A stretch of 64,000 nucleotides of DNA from an uncultured virus (IMG/VR IMGVR_UViG_3300006417_000262) (IMGVR_UViG_3300006417_000262:1-64000), one strand, 5' to 3'; counted from the first letter of the stretch, positions 18,718-27,905 are shown. Numbers and translations are program-made. Notes: a model not told the origin generated them from the letters alone.

Positions 18718-19493
18718 CGCTTGTCCCCGAGCTGGCGCAGGATGGTAGGGACCCATCCCGGGTTGTGGCGGGCCCATCGCACGGTGCGGCAGGGGGCGCT
18801 CGCGTAGTTGTCGTCCAAGGCGACTAGCTCGATGCGCTCCTCGAGGCCGTCGTGGACGTTGTTGCAGAACTGGTTCCAGGACATGGGGCCTACATTGTGG
18901 CCCCCGTCGCAGGTGCCAGAAGGGGAGGGCCGATGGATGTTGAACTCCCGGAACGTGACGCCCGCGTTCACAGTGGCAGTGTCACTGCCGCTACGATAGG
19001 TGATGTCCTTCACGGCCACCCAGACCTTCTCGACAGCGCAGGGAGTCTTGCACCGGATGCCGTCCTTGCCACCCCGGTCGTCGAAGGGGATGTCGAGGCG
19101 GTTGAGCACGGCTTCCAGTTGCGGGGCCACCGTGGCCCAGGTATCGGCGGTCATGATGGTGCCAGCGACGCGGTACGTGGCCACGGGCTGCTGCAAGGGC
19201 TTGCGTCGCTTGTCCGGGGTGCCGTCGCGCTTCTTGGGGATGATGGTCTGCACGAACGGCAGGCCACGGAAGTCCTTCGTGGGGAGTCCGCCGAAGCGTC
19301 CCGAGCACACGTCGAGCCCGCCGAACTTCCGGACGTAGGCGACCATCGGCTGGAGGCCACCGGTCGACCCGTCCCCCATCATGCCCACGATGGCACGGCG
19401 GTCATCCATGGCCCGGATGGCCTTGAGGATGGTCGGGTTCTGCGTGATGTCCCGTAGGGCATCCAACTCGGTGTCGGTCAGGTCGATGAACAT
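18714..19493 (-). CDS. hypothetical protein
   Basis: 259 aa, AAGGAG RBS, high GC3, downstream of a class A motif. Confidence 0.75.
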   Translation of the reverse strand: MFIDLTDTELDALRDITQNPTILKAIRAMDDRRAIVGMMGDGSTGGLQPMVAYVRKFGGLDVCSGRFGGLPTKDFRGLPFVQTIIPKKRDGTPDKRRKPLQQPVATYRVAGTIMTADTWATVAPQLEAVLNRLDIPFDDRGGKDGIRCKTPCAVEKVWVAVKDITYRSGSDTATVNAGVTFREFNIHRPSPSGTCDGGHNVGPMSWNQFCNNVHDGLEERIELVALDDNYASAPCRTVRWARHNPGWVPTILRQLGDKR

Positions 19494-19511
19494 GGGCTCT
19501 CCTTGAACCTG

Positions 19512-19538
19512 CTACACGCGAGCCCTACGACCCTGAAC
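19512..19538 (-). promoter_or_regulatory. class A motif GTTCAGG-N16-GTAG
   Basis: Motif directly abuts the upstream TAG (TAG|GTTCAGG). Confidence 0.7.
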
Positions 19539-19805
19539 CTACTCGATGACCTGGATATCTGAACCATCCTCGTCGAGGGTGGCGAAGAAGACGCCCTCGT
19601 CGTCACCCTCGCTCACGTTGAACTCCCGCACGTAGTCGGGCAGGACGCTCAGGTCGTCCACGACGAGTGCAAAGCAGTTGTCGCAGACGCGGCATCTGAC
19701 AGTGGCCGTCGTGCCCGTCGGGACGATGTACTCGTCCCGGCCGAAGGCGGCGCGGGTGTCCTTCGCGAAGGTGATGCGGGTGTCATCGGCCAGGTTGTTG
19801 AGCAT
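19539..19805 (-). CDS. hypothetical acidic protein
   Basis: MLNNLADD..., AAGGAG RBS. Confidence 0.7.
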   Translation of the reverse strand: MLNNLADDTRITFAKDTRAAFGRDEYIVPTGTTATVRCRVCDNCFALVVDDLSVLPDYVREFNVSEGDDEGVFFATLDEDGSDIQVIE

Positions 19806-19834
19806 GGTGCGGTCTCCTTGTGGGTTCGTGTGCT

Positions 19835-19860
19835 CTACGCCGAAGTCCACCTACCTGAAC
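19835..19860 (-). promoter_or_regulatory. class A motif GTTCAGG-N15-GTAG
   Basis: Abuts the upstream TAG. Confidence 0.65.
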
Positions 19861-20277
19861 CTACATGGAGAGGGATACCTGGCAGCTCTTGGGATTCGGG
19901 TGGGCTGCACACTTCCGGATCAGCTCGATGAACACGGGGAGTCGGGACGCATCGTACTCTCTGCGGTGCGCGTTCTCCGTGACCAGCGACTTCTCGAGGA
20001 GTTGCTCGGCGCGCACGAGAGCACGCTCCCAGTCCGGGGTGAACCAGCCCTCGATGGAGTCCGAGTCGGGATGGCCGAGCATCTCCTCGTCCCCTTCGGG
20101 CCCGTATGTTAGGCAGTCGAGGTAGTCGATCCCGTACGCAAGGCGCTGATGTCGCTCCGTGAAGGCGGAGAAGTAGGCGGTGCCGAGCACCTCCTCAAAA
20201 TCGCCTTGCTCAAACAGGAGCGACCCGCACATGTCGTCGGGATCGGGTCGGAGGGCGAAGGTGATGTGTGTGCCCAT
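19861..20277 (-). CDS. hypothetical protein
   Basis: MGTHITFALRP..., GAGG RBS. Confidence 0.65.
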   Translation of the reverse strand: MGTHITFALRPDPDDMCGSLLFEQGDFEEVLGTAYFSAFTERHQRLAYGIDYLDCLTYGPEGDEEMLGHPDSDSIEGWFTPDWERALVRAEQLLEKSLVTENAHRREYDASRLPVFIELIRKCAAHPNPKSCQVSLSM

Positions 20278-20284
20278 AGGGACC

Positions 20285-21796
20285 TCATGGACTAAGCTGC
20301 ACGGCCAGGATTGTGTCAGGTGAATTGAACAGGATGGATCGCACTTGGGATGAGGTCGTTCCATCGGCAAGCACGAGGGTGAACTTGTGGGTGCCAGAAG
20401 GCAGTGACGTCCTCGTTGGGATGTCCCCCACCTTGACCCCACCTACCCACACGGCTGCTCCTGTAGGGCCCGAGAGGCTCACGGTGCCCGTGATGGCGCC
20501 AGGCTCTACGGGGGCCGTGGGGGGTTCTGGAGTGGGTGTCGGAGCGACCGCCCGAGCTATGGGGGCTGGCGGCTCCGTGGGGAGCGGCTCTTGCACGGGC
20601 TCTGGAGCCTTTGGCCTCGGCGGCCTCGGCGGGGTCACCTTAGCCACGACGGGCTCTTCTGGAATGACCTCCGGGGGTGGGACTTCCACGACGGGCTCTT
20701 CTGGAATGACTTCGATGACGGGAAGCTCGGCCGGTGCCAGCGGAGGCAATGCAGCGGTCACCGTGGCCGCAGGTCGGGTCACGACGCCCATGGTCGCGAA
20801 TCCCACCGCCACCATGAGGACGACGCCGAGCCCCGCCAGGCCAACCATGGAGACGCCAAGGAGAGCACGAGTGGGTCGAGGGGTTGCAGCGATGTTGTAG
20901 CTGCTCGTCTCCTCTGTGATCATTCGTCCGACTAGCGCGTCATCGGCCATCTTGGTGCGGGGGGCCGGGATCTGCTCTGCCCAACGACGTAGGGTGGGGC
21001 CTGGCAGCTTGGTGGAAGCGTCTTCGCACCACTCGATGAGGCTGCGTGCTGAAGGCCGTGCCGCGGGGTCGTGGACGCACATCCACTGCATGAGGGATGC
21101 GAGGCTTGGGTCGTACTTGGCGAGGAGGTTTGCCTGCCTCTCCAAAAGGATGGAGTGATCGTCAGGGCTTAGCCGGGCTGTGCCGAATGGTACGCCCATG
21201 CATAGCTCGTAGAGGGTGACGCCCAGCGCATAGATGTCCGCCGCCGCACTGGCAGGGGTGCCGACCAAGCACTCCGGGGACATGTAGCGGGGAGACCCGA
21301 TGACGCAGTGGGGGGCCGTGGCTGCTTCGCGGTACTCCCCCACCGTCTTGGCAATGCCGAAGTCGAGGATCTTGACCCGACCTGCGTGGAGGGCCAGGTT
21401 GGCAGGCTTGATGTCCCGGTGAATGACACCACGACGGTGAGCATAGTCGAGGGCTTCCGCGACCTGGCTGACCATCTCTACGGCCGCCCGCGGTGGAGGG
21501 GTGATGGACAAGCGATTGAGCGGGGGGCCTTGTACCAGGTCCATGACGATGCATGGAGCCCCATCGATGGTCGTCAGCCAGGTGGCTGGCGCAATTCCCG
21601 GATGCTGGAGGGAGGCAGCGACGCGGGCCTCGTCCCGAAACCGAGCGCACAGTTCCTCAGCCTCTACACCTTCGACCCAACGGAGGACTTTGACCGCCAC
21701 CGTCCGGGAGAAGTTGTTGTCGCCGGACACCTTGGCTTCGTAGACCGAGCCGAAGCTGCCCGACCCTAGCACTCGGATGATCTGGTACGTGCGCAT
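20285..21796 (-). CDS. membrane-anchored Hanks-type Ser/Thr protein kinase with a Pro-rich linker and PEGA-like C-terminus
   Basis: LGSGSFGSVY, VAVK, HRDIKPAN, DFG, GSPRYMSPE, DIYALG; TM segment LLGVSMVGLAGLGVVLMVAVGF; GAAVWVGG...GDIP...GTH. Confidence 0.9.
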   Translation of the reverse strand: MRTYQIIRVLGSGSFGSVYEAKVSGDNNFSRTVAVKVLRWVEGVEAEELCARFRDEARVAASLQHPGIAPATWLTTIDGAPCIVMDLVQGPPLNRLSITPPPRAAVEMVSQVAEALDYAHRRGVIHRDIKPANLALHAGRVKILDFGIAKTVGEYREAATAPHCVIGSPRYMSPECLVGTPASAAADIYALGVTLYELCMGVPFGTARLSPDDHSILLERQANLLAKYDPSLASLMQWMCVHDPAARPSARSLIEWCEDASTKLPGPTLRRWAEQIPAPRTKMADDALVGRMITEETSSYNIAATPRPTRALLGVSMVGLAGLGVVLMVAVGFATMGVVTRPAATVTAALPPLAPAELPVIEVIPEEPVVEVPPPEVIPEEPVVAKVTPPRPPRPKAPEPVQEPLPTEPPAPIARAVAPTPTPEPPTAPVEPGAITGTVSLSGPTGAAVWVGGVKVGDIPTRTSLPSGTHKFTLVLADGTTSSQVRSILFNSPDTILAVQLSP

Positions 21797-21797
21797 G

Positions 21798-22247
21798 TTA
21801 GGTCTGCCCCCGTGCGATGCGAACCAATGCGGCACCGATGCCCGTCTCCGGTGCCTCGTAGGCACTCACCGGAACACCGGCCATCTGGAACTGGTCGGGG
21901 GGCGGCAGCTCGCCCCGCACTCGGTGGAACGCTTCGACCGCCTCAGCGGATCGGCCACGCACGAGGACGAGGGGTCGGGCCATGAGGACTTCAACACCCG
22001 CAGCGGTTTGCAGGAGTCGGTTCAGCACCCGATCTCGCGTCGCCTGATCCACGTAATGTAGAGCAAAGAGGAGCGCCCACACACGCACGGCACGGGTGTT
22101 GACGCAAGTGTGGGGGCTCAAAAGCCGTAGGAGACCGTCCGTCTCCACCTCCTCCCATGTGGCGGGGTCCCCCATCAAGGCCGCATGTGCTTGATTCAAG
22201 GCATCCCTGTCCGAGTCTGCAACCAGGAAGGCGAGGGAACGGGTCAT
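21798..22247 (-). CDS. hypothetical protein, candidate immunity protein
   Basis: 149 aa; ATGA overlap with the upstream putative toxin gene. Confidence 0.5.
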   Translation of the reverse strand: MTRSLAFLVADSDRDALNQAHAALMGDPATWEEVETDGLLRLLSPHTCVNTRAVRVWALLFALHYVDQATRDRVLNRLLQTAAGVEVLMARPLVLVRGRSAEAVEAFHRVRGELPPPDQFQMAGVPVSAYEAPETGIGAALVRIARGQT

Positions 22248-23194
22248 GCGAGCCCCCACCCGGCACCCACGAGGATGGGGAGCAGGAAGGGCCCGAGGAC
22301 TCGCCACAGCACGACCGCTGCGACTGCCGCAAGAGCGATGACGGCGGCGATCACGACGACATCGGACGCGACGCGGAGCATCTCTGGGATGCGTTCCCGC
22401 ATCCCTTCGGGGCCATCGTCGACGACCCGCTGATCCTTGCTGGAAGGGCCGACCATGGGTTCGGGGGCATCCTTGGAAGGTCGGCGCATGCTCCAGGTCG
22501 CAGCGCCTGCGTCGTGCACACCGAAGGTGATGTCCCAGGCTCCAATCCCGCCGAAGTTCTCGACGGAGAGAGTGGACTCCACCATCTCGCCCGGCGTGGC
22601 AAGGTGTGCGGGCAGTCCGGCCTTCTGGAGTTCCGATACGTACACCCGAGCTTCGGGCGCAGCCCGATCCGCAGAGTTCTCGTGCTTCAGCTCGATCACG
22701 GCTCCCTGCTCGGCCACGTACACATCGGGCTTCAAGCGGGGGGACGTGAGGGCGTCTACATCGCCACCCTCCTCTCGCACGATGGTCGAGAGGGGTGTCG
22801 TGTTGGTGTAGACCTCGTAGCCCGAGTGCAGGATGAGGGCTTCGCGGGCGTAGCGTTCATGTGCCAGGATCCCCAGGTAGACGTTCATGGGCATCTCGCC
22901 CGGTCGCCCGCTGTCCCAGTCGTAGGCAGCCTGCATATCCACGCCCTTGCCTACGGCGGACTGGACGGCGGGGTCCTCTAGGAGAGCCGCCGCCGTGCCA
23001 GGGTCCTTCGTGGCCATGGACGCTGCCGTGGTGAGCACGTCACGCCCCTCACGACTCAGCAGGCGAGCCCGGATCTCCTCGTTCCCGAGTAGATCCTGGA
23101 GGCCACCGAAGCCACCCATGGGGGCTTGTTCCACCTCGCCCGAATCGACGGCAGGCCCTTCGCTGTGCTGCTTGCTTTGCATGGGGGACTCCAT
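22244..23194 (-). CDS. putative PD-(D/E)xK nuclease-fold toxin with a C-terminal hydrophobic segment
   Basis: GILAH...LKPDVY...VIELK...A...Y pattern; N-terminal LQDLLGN motif; hydrophobic C-terminus. Confidence 0.55.
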   Translation of the reverse strand: MESPMQSKQHSEGPAVDSGEVEQAPMGGFGGLQDLLGNEEIRARLLSREGRDVLTTAASMATKDPGTAAALLEDPAVQSAVGKGVDMQAAYDWDSGRPGEMPMNVYLGILAHERYAREALILHSGYEVYTNTTPLSTIVREEGGDVDALTSPRLKPDVYVAEQGAVIELKHENSADRAAPEARVYVSELQKAGLPAHLATPGEMVESTLSVENFGGIGAWDITFGVHDAGAATWSMRRPSKDAPEPMVGPSSKDQRVVDDGPEGMRERIPEMLRVASDVVVIAAVIALAAVAAVVLWRVLGPFLLPILVGAGWGLA

Positions 23195-23250
23195 GGTTTG
23201 ACGGGGCTACCCGCTGTGACGGGGATGCGGGGGTCGTGCTGTAAACGCCT

Positions 23251-23649
23251 CTACTCGTCTGCGCGTTGGACGCGGGGGAAGTGATGCCACCACGGGTGGT
23301 CGGCGGGTGGTCTCCAGAACGTGGCTTGGTAGCCGTCCGTGACGATGGTAGCTGACTCGTGCTTGGCGAATCCTCCGTAGGCCATCGAGTACTCCTCGTA
23401 CTCGATGGCTTTGTCCAATTGGAGCACAGCACCCTTGATGACCTGGACGTTGATCCAGAGGGGGCTCGGGACGCGGTCGACGGACACGACGGTCGCCATT
23501 GTGCCCGCGGCAACGCGCTGCAGGAAGCGCGGGCCACTCGGGGTGAGGAGGTCGCCCACCACGGGTAGCGGCCCGTAGTCGTTCCTGAGCACGACACGGG
23601 CGCCAGGGACGAGGAAGGAGAGGTGCCCATCCACCTCTTCGTATTTCAT
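23251..23649 (-). CDS. hypothetical protein
   Basis: MKYEEVDG..., ATGA overlap with the upstream gene. Confidence 0.6.
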   Translation of the reverse strand: MKYEEVDGHLSFLVPGARVVLRNDYGPLPVVGDLLTPSGPRFLQRVAAGTMATVVSVDRVPSPLWINVQVIKGAVLQLDKAIEYEEYSMAYGGFAKHESATIVTDGYQATFWRPPADHPWWHHFPRVQRADE

Positions 23650-23885
23650 GGCGTCGCCACGGGCGGGTCGGGTTCCCATCCCGGCAGCTCACCCGCGAGG
23701 ATGCGGGCGTTGACGTTGCCGAGGTAGTTGATCTCCTGTGACAGTGCCGTGGGGGCGAGGCGCGGGTTCACCCAACGCATCTCGTCGTCGATGTCGCGTG
23801 GCCACCGGCCCTCGTTGATGGCATCCAACTCGGCCTGCGCCTTGGCGCGGGCTTCGGCTCGGTCGGCGGACTTCATGAGGTTCAT
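23646..23885 (-). CDS. hypothetical protein
   Basis: MNLMKSADRAEARAK..., AGGAG RBS, downstream of a class A motif. Confidence 0.65.
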   Translation of the reverse strand: MNLMKSADRAEARAKAQAELDAINEGRWPRDIDDEMRWVNPRLAPTALSQEINYLGNVNARILAGELPGWEPDPPVATP

Positions 23886-23914
23886 CTGGCGCTCCTGCGG
23901 GTGGTTCACCTCCC

Positions 23915-23941
23915 CTACGCTGGAGGGGCCTTTGCCTGAAC
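23915..23941 (-). promoter_or_regulatory. class A motif GTTCAGG-N16-GTAG
   Basis: Exact motif overlapping the 3' end of 23915..24358. Confidence 0.65.
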
Positions 23942-24358
23942 CTGCTTCGTCACGATGTCCCAGAACCGCACGGCCCCGTCGTATTGGAGTGCTCGGACGC
24001 GAGCCCATAGCTCCCCGTTCTCGACGTGCGTGAGGGGGCTCTCGTTGCAGAACGCCGCCAAAGTGGCCACTTCCGCGTCCACGGCCTTGTTGATGGCGTC
24101 CCAGCGTTTCCGCAGGGCGCGCTGGTCTTTGTTGTGTGCGGCCCTTAGAGTGCGGTAGCGGGTTGCCTGCTCGGGGGTGGCTAGGCATAGATACGGCTTG
24201 AGGGAGTGAACCCTGCGACCGGCCTCGCTTTGCAGGGTGATGGATGCACCACCGTCTTCCGGGACCTGTAAGACCTTGAAGAGCGACTGGCCGCACCCAT
24301 AGATCATCACGATGTCGCCCTTGGCCGGTGTGTGGGTGCCGTAGTTCTTGTGGGCCAT
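23915..24358 (-). CDS. hypothetical protein
   Basis: 147 aa, GGAG RBS; its stop codon is the TAG of a class A motif. Confidence 0.65.
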   Translation of the reverse strand: MAHKNYGTHTPAKGDIVMIYGCGQSLFKVLQVPEDGGASITLQSEAGRRVHSLKPYLCLATPEQATRYRTLRAAHNKDQRALRKRWDAINKAVDAEVATLAAFCNESPLTHVENGELWARVRALQYDGAVRFWDIVTKQVQAKAPPA

Positions 24359-24379
24359 CGGGGTTCTCCGTGTAGAGGG

Positions 24380-26914
24380 CTATCTACGCAGAAACCCGTA
24401 GTCGTAGACGCCTGGCTGCAGTCGCTCGGAGAGCGCCTTGAACGCTTCCTGTAGCGCCTTCCACTCGTCGGGGAACAAGTCCCGCCAGAGGTGCTTGAGC
24501 TGGTACACACCCGCGTCGTAGGCCATTAGGTGAAGCTCCGGCTTCCCGGCCGCGTAGCTTTCCCGGACGGGGAGGGACTTGACCCATAGGGCGTCAAGGA
24601 GGTCGAGCACCTTGCGGGCGTCGGGGGAGAGGTTGAGGGTCGGTAGGACGTGGGCGAAGTAGGCGTCGCCCGTCTGTTCCCACGACTTGTCTCCGGCGAG
24701 AGTGCCGAGCACATCGCTGGTGTCCCGCGACTTGACGGGTTCGGCCTTGCAGTCCCGGTAAAGGGTGGGCGTCTCGGCGGTGTCGAGCGCCTTGAGGGTG
24801 TCCTTGCGGGTACGCCAGAACCAGTGGTTCTTGATGCGCCAGGACTTGCCCTTGTAGGTCACGTCCCGCATCGCGGTGGCCTGGTTGAACCTGTGGATGA
24901 GGGTGAAGCAGTGGGTGTCATCCACCCACTGCTCGTAGCCGGACTTCTTCTCGTCGGGGCGAAGGTACTCGTCCTTCTGCGTGTCCCACGCCTCCAGCAC
25001 GAGCTTCCGAGCCCCATAGAGGGCCACCGCACGACGCCAGTTGCTGTAGGTCTGGCACACCCCGTGGCCCCGCGAACTGCCACCCGACACGATGTAGGTG
25101 GAGTCGTTCGCCTCCACCAGATTGTTGCCGTGGCAAGTCATGTACGCAAAGCTCCCGGGGATCACCGTGGATTGCCCCTTGTCAACGATAGACAGGCCGC
25201 TGCTCATCTGTGGTGCGTCCGAGCCCTTGATGCCTTTGATGGGTTCTCGCACCCACTCCGACGCCTCGCGGTCGTCCGAGTTGTAGACGACCTTGTTCCC
25301 AGTCGAGACCACGGAGAAGTCACACTCGTCCTTGAGCACGATCCCAAGGTCGACGGTCTTGTCCGTGGTGCCCGTGTTCCACACCGTGAACGAGATGCCC
25401 CACCTTCCGGACACGTCCGCGAAGTGCGACGCCTGGAACAAGAACCCGCCCTTGTAGGCCCGGTGCCCGTACCACCAGTCCCGGAACGGGCGGTACGACC
25501 CGCTCGACATGAACGTAGGGACGGAGAACAGGGCTACGGTCGAGTTCTTGAACCCATACTCGCGGGCGACCACCGAGCACCGGTACATGAACTGCGCGTA
25601 GAGCTGCTGCGACGGGGCACCGAGCTTGGCCGACTTCATCTCCTCGTTCGCACGGGTCAACGCCATCCCTGCCTTGTGGCTGGACTTGAACGTCTCGATG
25701 CTGTTCGCCGTTCCGTAGGGCGGGTTCATCAGGAACACGAGCCGCTTCCCGGACTTCGCGAGCGCACGGAGCATCCCGTCCACCTCGTCCGGGATCTGGT
25801 TCTTCCCGTCGTTCTCGAAGAAGGGGGAGTCGGACCCCGGGTTGAGGAAGTCATACTGGAAGACCCACTTGCCCCCCCACCCCTGCTCCTTCATCACCTG
25901 CACGTCCGGACGCTCCGCCGTTGAAGACACGAGGCAGCCCCAATCGTTGTAGTCCCGCGTGAGGTTCGCCGTGCCGGCCGCTGGATCCCACACCACGCAC
26001 TCCTGCCGCCACCGAGGCCCAAGCACCCGGTCGAGTTCCTTGTGCGCCTCAGCGACCCACAGGGCGGGCGTGAAGAAGGCCCCTTGCCGACGGCGGGCGT
26101 CGTCTTCCACGAGACGATCCTTCATCCCGTAGAAGGACTCGATCTCGGACGGCCTGTACCCCTGAGCGAAATGGTCGAAGAACGAGCGGTACTGCTCCGC
26201 GTTGACGAGAATCCCGTCGTCGTAGCCTGGCACGACAAGGACTCCCCGCTTCGTCGGGTGGATGTACACGTCGCCCGGTTGGAAGAGACACCGAAGGAAC
26301 ACGTCCACCTGCTCAACAGGTGTCAGCCCTTGCGAGCCGAAGACGCGGTCGCGCCAGTAGAGGAAGATGGCCCCGAGGTTCGCCGACGTGGCTCGGACTT
26401 GATGACGCGACCCGTTGGCGAGCGCCTCCACCTTCTCCACGACGGCTCGGAAGTCGAGCATCTCGTCCACGTCGTAGACGTAGGGGAGGAGGTTTACCCC
26501 CTGCACGAGAGCACGGGTCAACTCCGGCGACCCCTTGGACGGGGCGAAGGTCCAGTCGATGTCGAGGTCGAGGAAACCCCGCACGGACGCCGTGGCGAGC
26601 ACGAAGCACTCGTTCTTGTCCCCGACGAGCAGAACGTCTGGAAGCACCTCCCCGGCCTGCTCGAACCGCTTGAGGTAGCCGAGCATCTGGCCAAGGACGT
26701 TGCATACGGGGGCCTTCGCCTTGAGGTCCTGGTCGTACTTCGCTTCCAGGAGGAGGCGGACAGACGGGGCACCCCATTCGGCCACGCCGTCCGACCCGAA
26801 GGGCGAAGTCCATGCCGCGTTCGGGCGGACGTGAGAGATTTCCGCCCGGTAGGCGTTCTCTACGTCCTTTTCGACGCGAGCCCCTGCAAGGGCCTGCTTG
26901 GTGGACTTCCTCAT
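24380..26914 (-). CDS. fused restriction endonuclease / N6-adenine DNA methyltransferase (Type IIG/IIL-like)
   Basis: N-terminal SDG...LLLEAK...Q..GY nuclease motif; GAFFTP, VWDPAAGTANL (motif I), FLMNPPY (motif IV); C-terminal TRD-like region. Confidence 0.8.
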   Translation of the reverse strand: MRKSTKQALAGARVEKDVENAYRAEISHVRPNAAWTSPFGSDGVAEWGAPSVRLLLEAKYDQDLKAKAPVCNVLGQMLGYLKRFEQAGEVLPDVLLVGDKNECFVLATASVRGFLDLDIDWTFAPSKGSPELTRALVQGVNLLPYVYDVDEMLDFRAVVEKVEALANGSRHQVRATSANLGAIFLYWRDRVFGSQGLTPVEQVDVFLRCLFQPGDVYIHPTKRGVLVVPGYDDGILVNAEQYRSFFDHFAQGYRPSEIESFYGMKDRLVEDDARRRQGAFFTPALWVAEAHKELDRVLGPRWRQECVVWDPAAGTANLTRDYNDWGCLVSSTAERPDVQVMKEQGWGGKWVFQYDFLNPGSDSPFFENDGKNQIPDEVDGMLRALAKSGKRLVFLMNPPYGTANSIETFKSSHKAGMALTRANEEMKSAKLGAPSQQLYAQFMYRCSVVAREYGFKNSTVALFSVPTFMSSGSYRPFRDWWYGHRAYKGGFLFQASHFADVSGRWGISFTVWNTGTTDKTVDLGIVLKDECDFSVVSTGNKVVYNSDDREASEWVREPIKGIKGSDAPQMSSGLSIVDKGQSTVIPGSFAYMTCHGNNLVEANDSTYIVSGGSSRGHGVCQTYSNWRRAVALYGARKLVLEAWDTQKDEYLRPDEKKSGYEQWVDDTHCFTLIHRFNQATAMRDVTYKGKSWRIKNHWFWRTRKDTLKALDTAETPTLYRDCKAEPVKSRDTSDVLGTLAGDKSWEQTGDAYFAHVLPTLNLSPDARKVLDLLDALWVKSLPVRESYAAGKPELHLMAYDAGVYQLKHLWRDLFPDEWKALQEAFKALSERLQPGVYDYGFLRR

Positions 26915-27141
26915 CCGAGGTCGTTGTAGATGCCGACGGCCAGATCCAGGTCGTCGCCCACGTAGACGTCGACCCAATCCTTGTCACCGACACCCCGGCG
27001 AATGACGACGTACGTGCCAGCCCGCTGGCCCAGCTCCTTGCGGGTGGCCTGGCCTACGATGGTCGCCGACGCGGCCATCCGGTACTTGTCCAGGAATCTC
27101 CGGATCTCGGCCGGGTTGTCGATGATGTGGGGCTTGACCAT
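26911..27141 (-). CDS. hypothetical protein
   Basis: MVKPHIID..., AAGGAG RBS, ATGA overlap with the REase-MTase gene. Confidence 0.65.
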   Translation of the reverse strand: MVKPHIIDNPAEIRRFLDKYRMAASATIVGQATRKELGQRAGTYVVIRRGVGDKDWVDVYVGDDLDLAVGIYNDLG

Positions 27142-27167
27142 TTGTGGTCTCCTTTGGTTCCCCACCC

Positions 27168-27193
27168 CTACACGCCACTTGCCGACCCTGAAC
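27168..27193 (-). promoter_or_regulatory. class A motif GTTCAGG-N15-GTAG
   Basis: 3 nt after the upstream TGA; heads the unit containing the REase-MTase. Confidence 0.65.
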
Positions 27194-27196
27194 CTG

Positions 27197-27298
27197 TCAC
27201 CCGAGGAGGGCACGTAGGATGATGGCAAGCACACCGACCCCTACAAGGGCGAGCCACACGCGGGGGTCGGTTGGGGGTCTCCAGGGCGAGGTGTCCAT
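27197..27298 (-). CDS. 33-aa single-TM micropeptide
   Basis: MDTSPWRPPTDPRVWLALVGVGVLAIILRALLG*, lying between two class A motifs. Confidence 0.45.
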   Translation of the reverse strand: MDTSPWRPPTDPRVWLALVGVGVLAIILRALLG

Positions 27299-27307
27299 AG
27301 GGCTATG

Positions 27308-27334
27308 CTACGCGACACCACGCTTCTGCTGAAA
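27308..27334 (-). promoter_or_regulatory. class A motif variant TTTCAGC-N16-GTAG
   Basis: Same spacing as the exact copies; abuts the upstream TAG. Confidence 0.45.
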
Positions 27335-27568
27335 CTACAGGAGCCGCAGGGGGTCGATAGAGGTGCCGTTGCGGCGCGATTCTGAATTCGAACGCCACCA
27401 TTGGCCATATGATAATGATCGCACTACGGTTCCGCCCCATGATCGCGATTGTGAGCGGTAATACTTCGCCCCATACAATGTTAAAAATTGAGATTGTACG
27501 GCAACGCCGACATGGACTCTAGACCACGATAGCTCGTGGTCCGTTAATGATGGCACGCGAAGCATCAT
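27335..27568 (-). CDS. small Ser/Arg-rich protein, MMLR...IDPLRLL family copy A
   Basis: 77 aa; start overlaps the stop of copy B (TGATG). Confidence 0.6.
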   Translation of the reverse strand: MMLRVPSLTDHELSWSRVHVGVAVQSQFLTLYGAKYYRSQSRSWGGTVVRSLSYGQWWRSNSESRRNGTSIDPLRLL

Positions 27569-27813
27569 CACAGGAGCCTCAATGGATCGATCATCGGGCC
27601 TGCGCGAGGTCCCGAACGCGACATAGATGACGCCTGCATTGAGACCGTGCGTGAGCGGTACGACCTGACAAACGCATAGTACGTCATGCAGGATGACCGG
27701 AGCCGATAGCCATACCAAATGCAATTTGCAGGATGTGAAACCGAGTGCGAGCCGGGCCCGCCCCCCGCCGTTGCCTCTGACCCACGGCCATTGGTCGTCA
27801 ACCGGAGCATCAT
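27568..27813 (-). CDS. small Ser/Arg-rich protein, MMLR...IDPLRLL family copy B
   Basis: 81 aa; same N- and C-termini as copy A. Confidence 0.6.
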   Translation of the reverse strand: MMLRLTTNGRGSEATAGGGPGSHSVSHPANCIWYGYRLRSSCMTYYAFVRSYRSRTVSMQASSMSRSGPRAGPMIDPLRLL

Positions 27814-27905
27814 GGCGTGCCGTACCAGAGCATGGCGAGGTGGGCAAGGGCAACGATGTCGGACACGGGTGGCTCCTCTCGCCCCACCTACACGCTTCGC
27901 GCCCG

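Noticed and set aside
20644..20710. 25-bp direct repeat with 42-bp period
   Set aside because: It encodes VIPEEPVV twice in the kinase Pro-rich linker, an ordinary coding repeat.
27335..27813. DGR template/variable repeat pair
   Set aside because: The two copies are not near-identical with adenine-only differences, and no reverse transcriptase is in the window.
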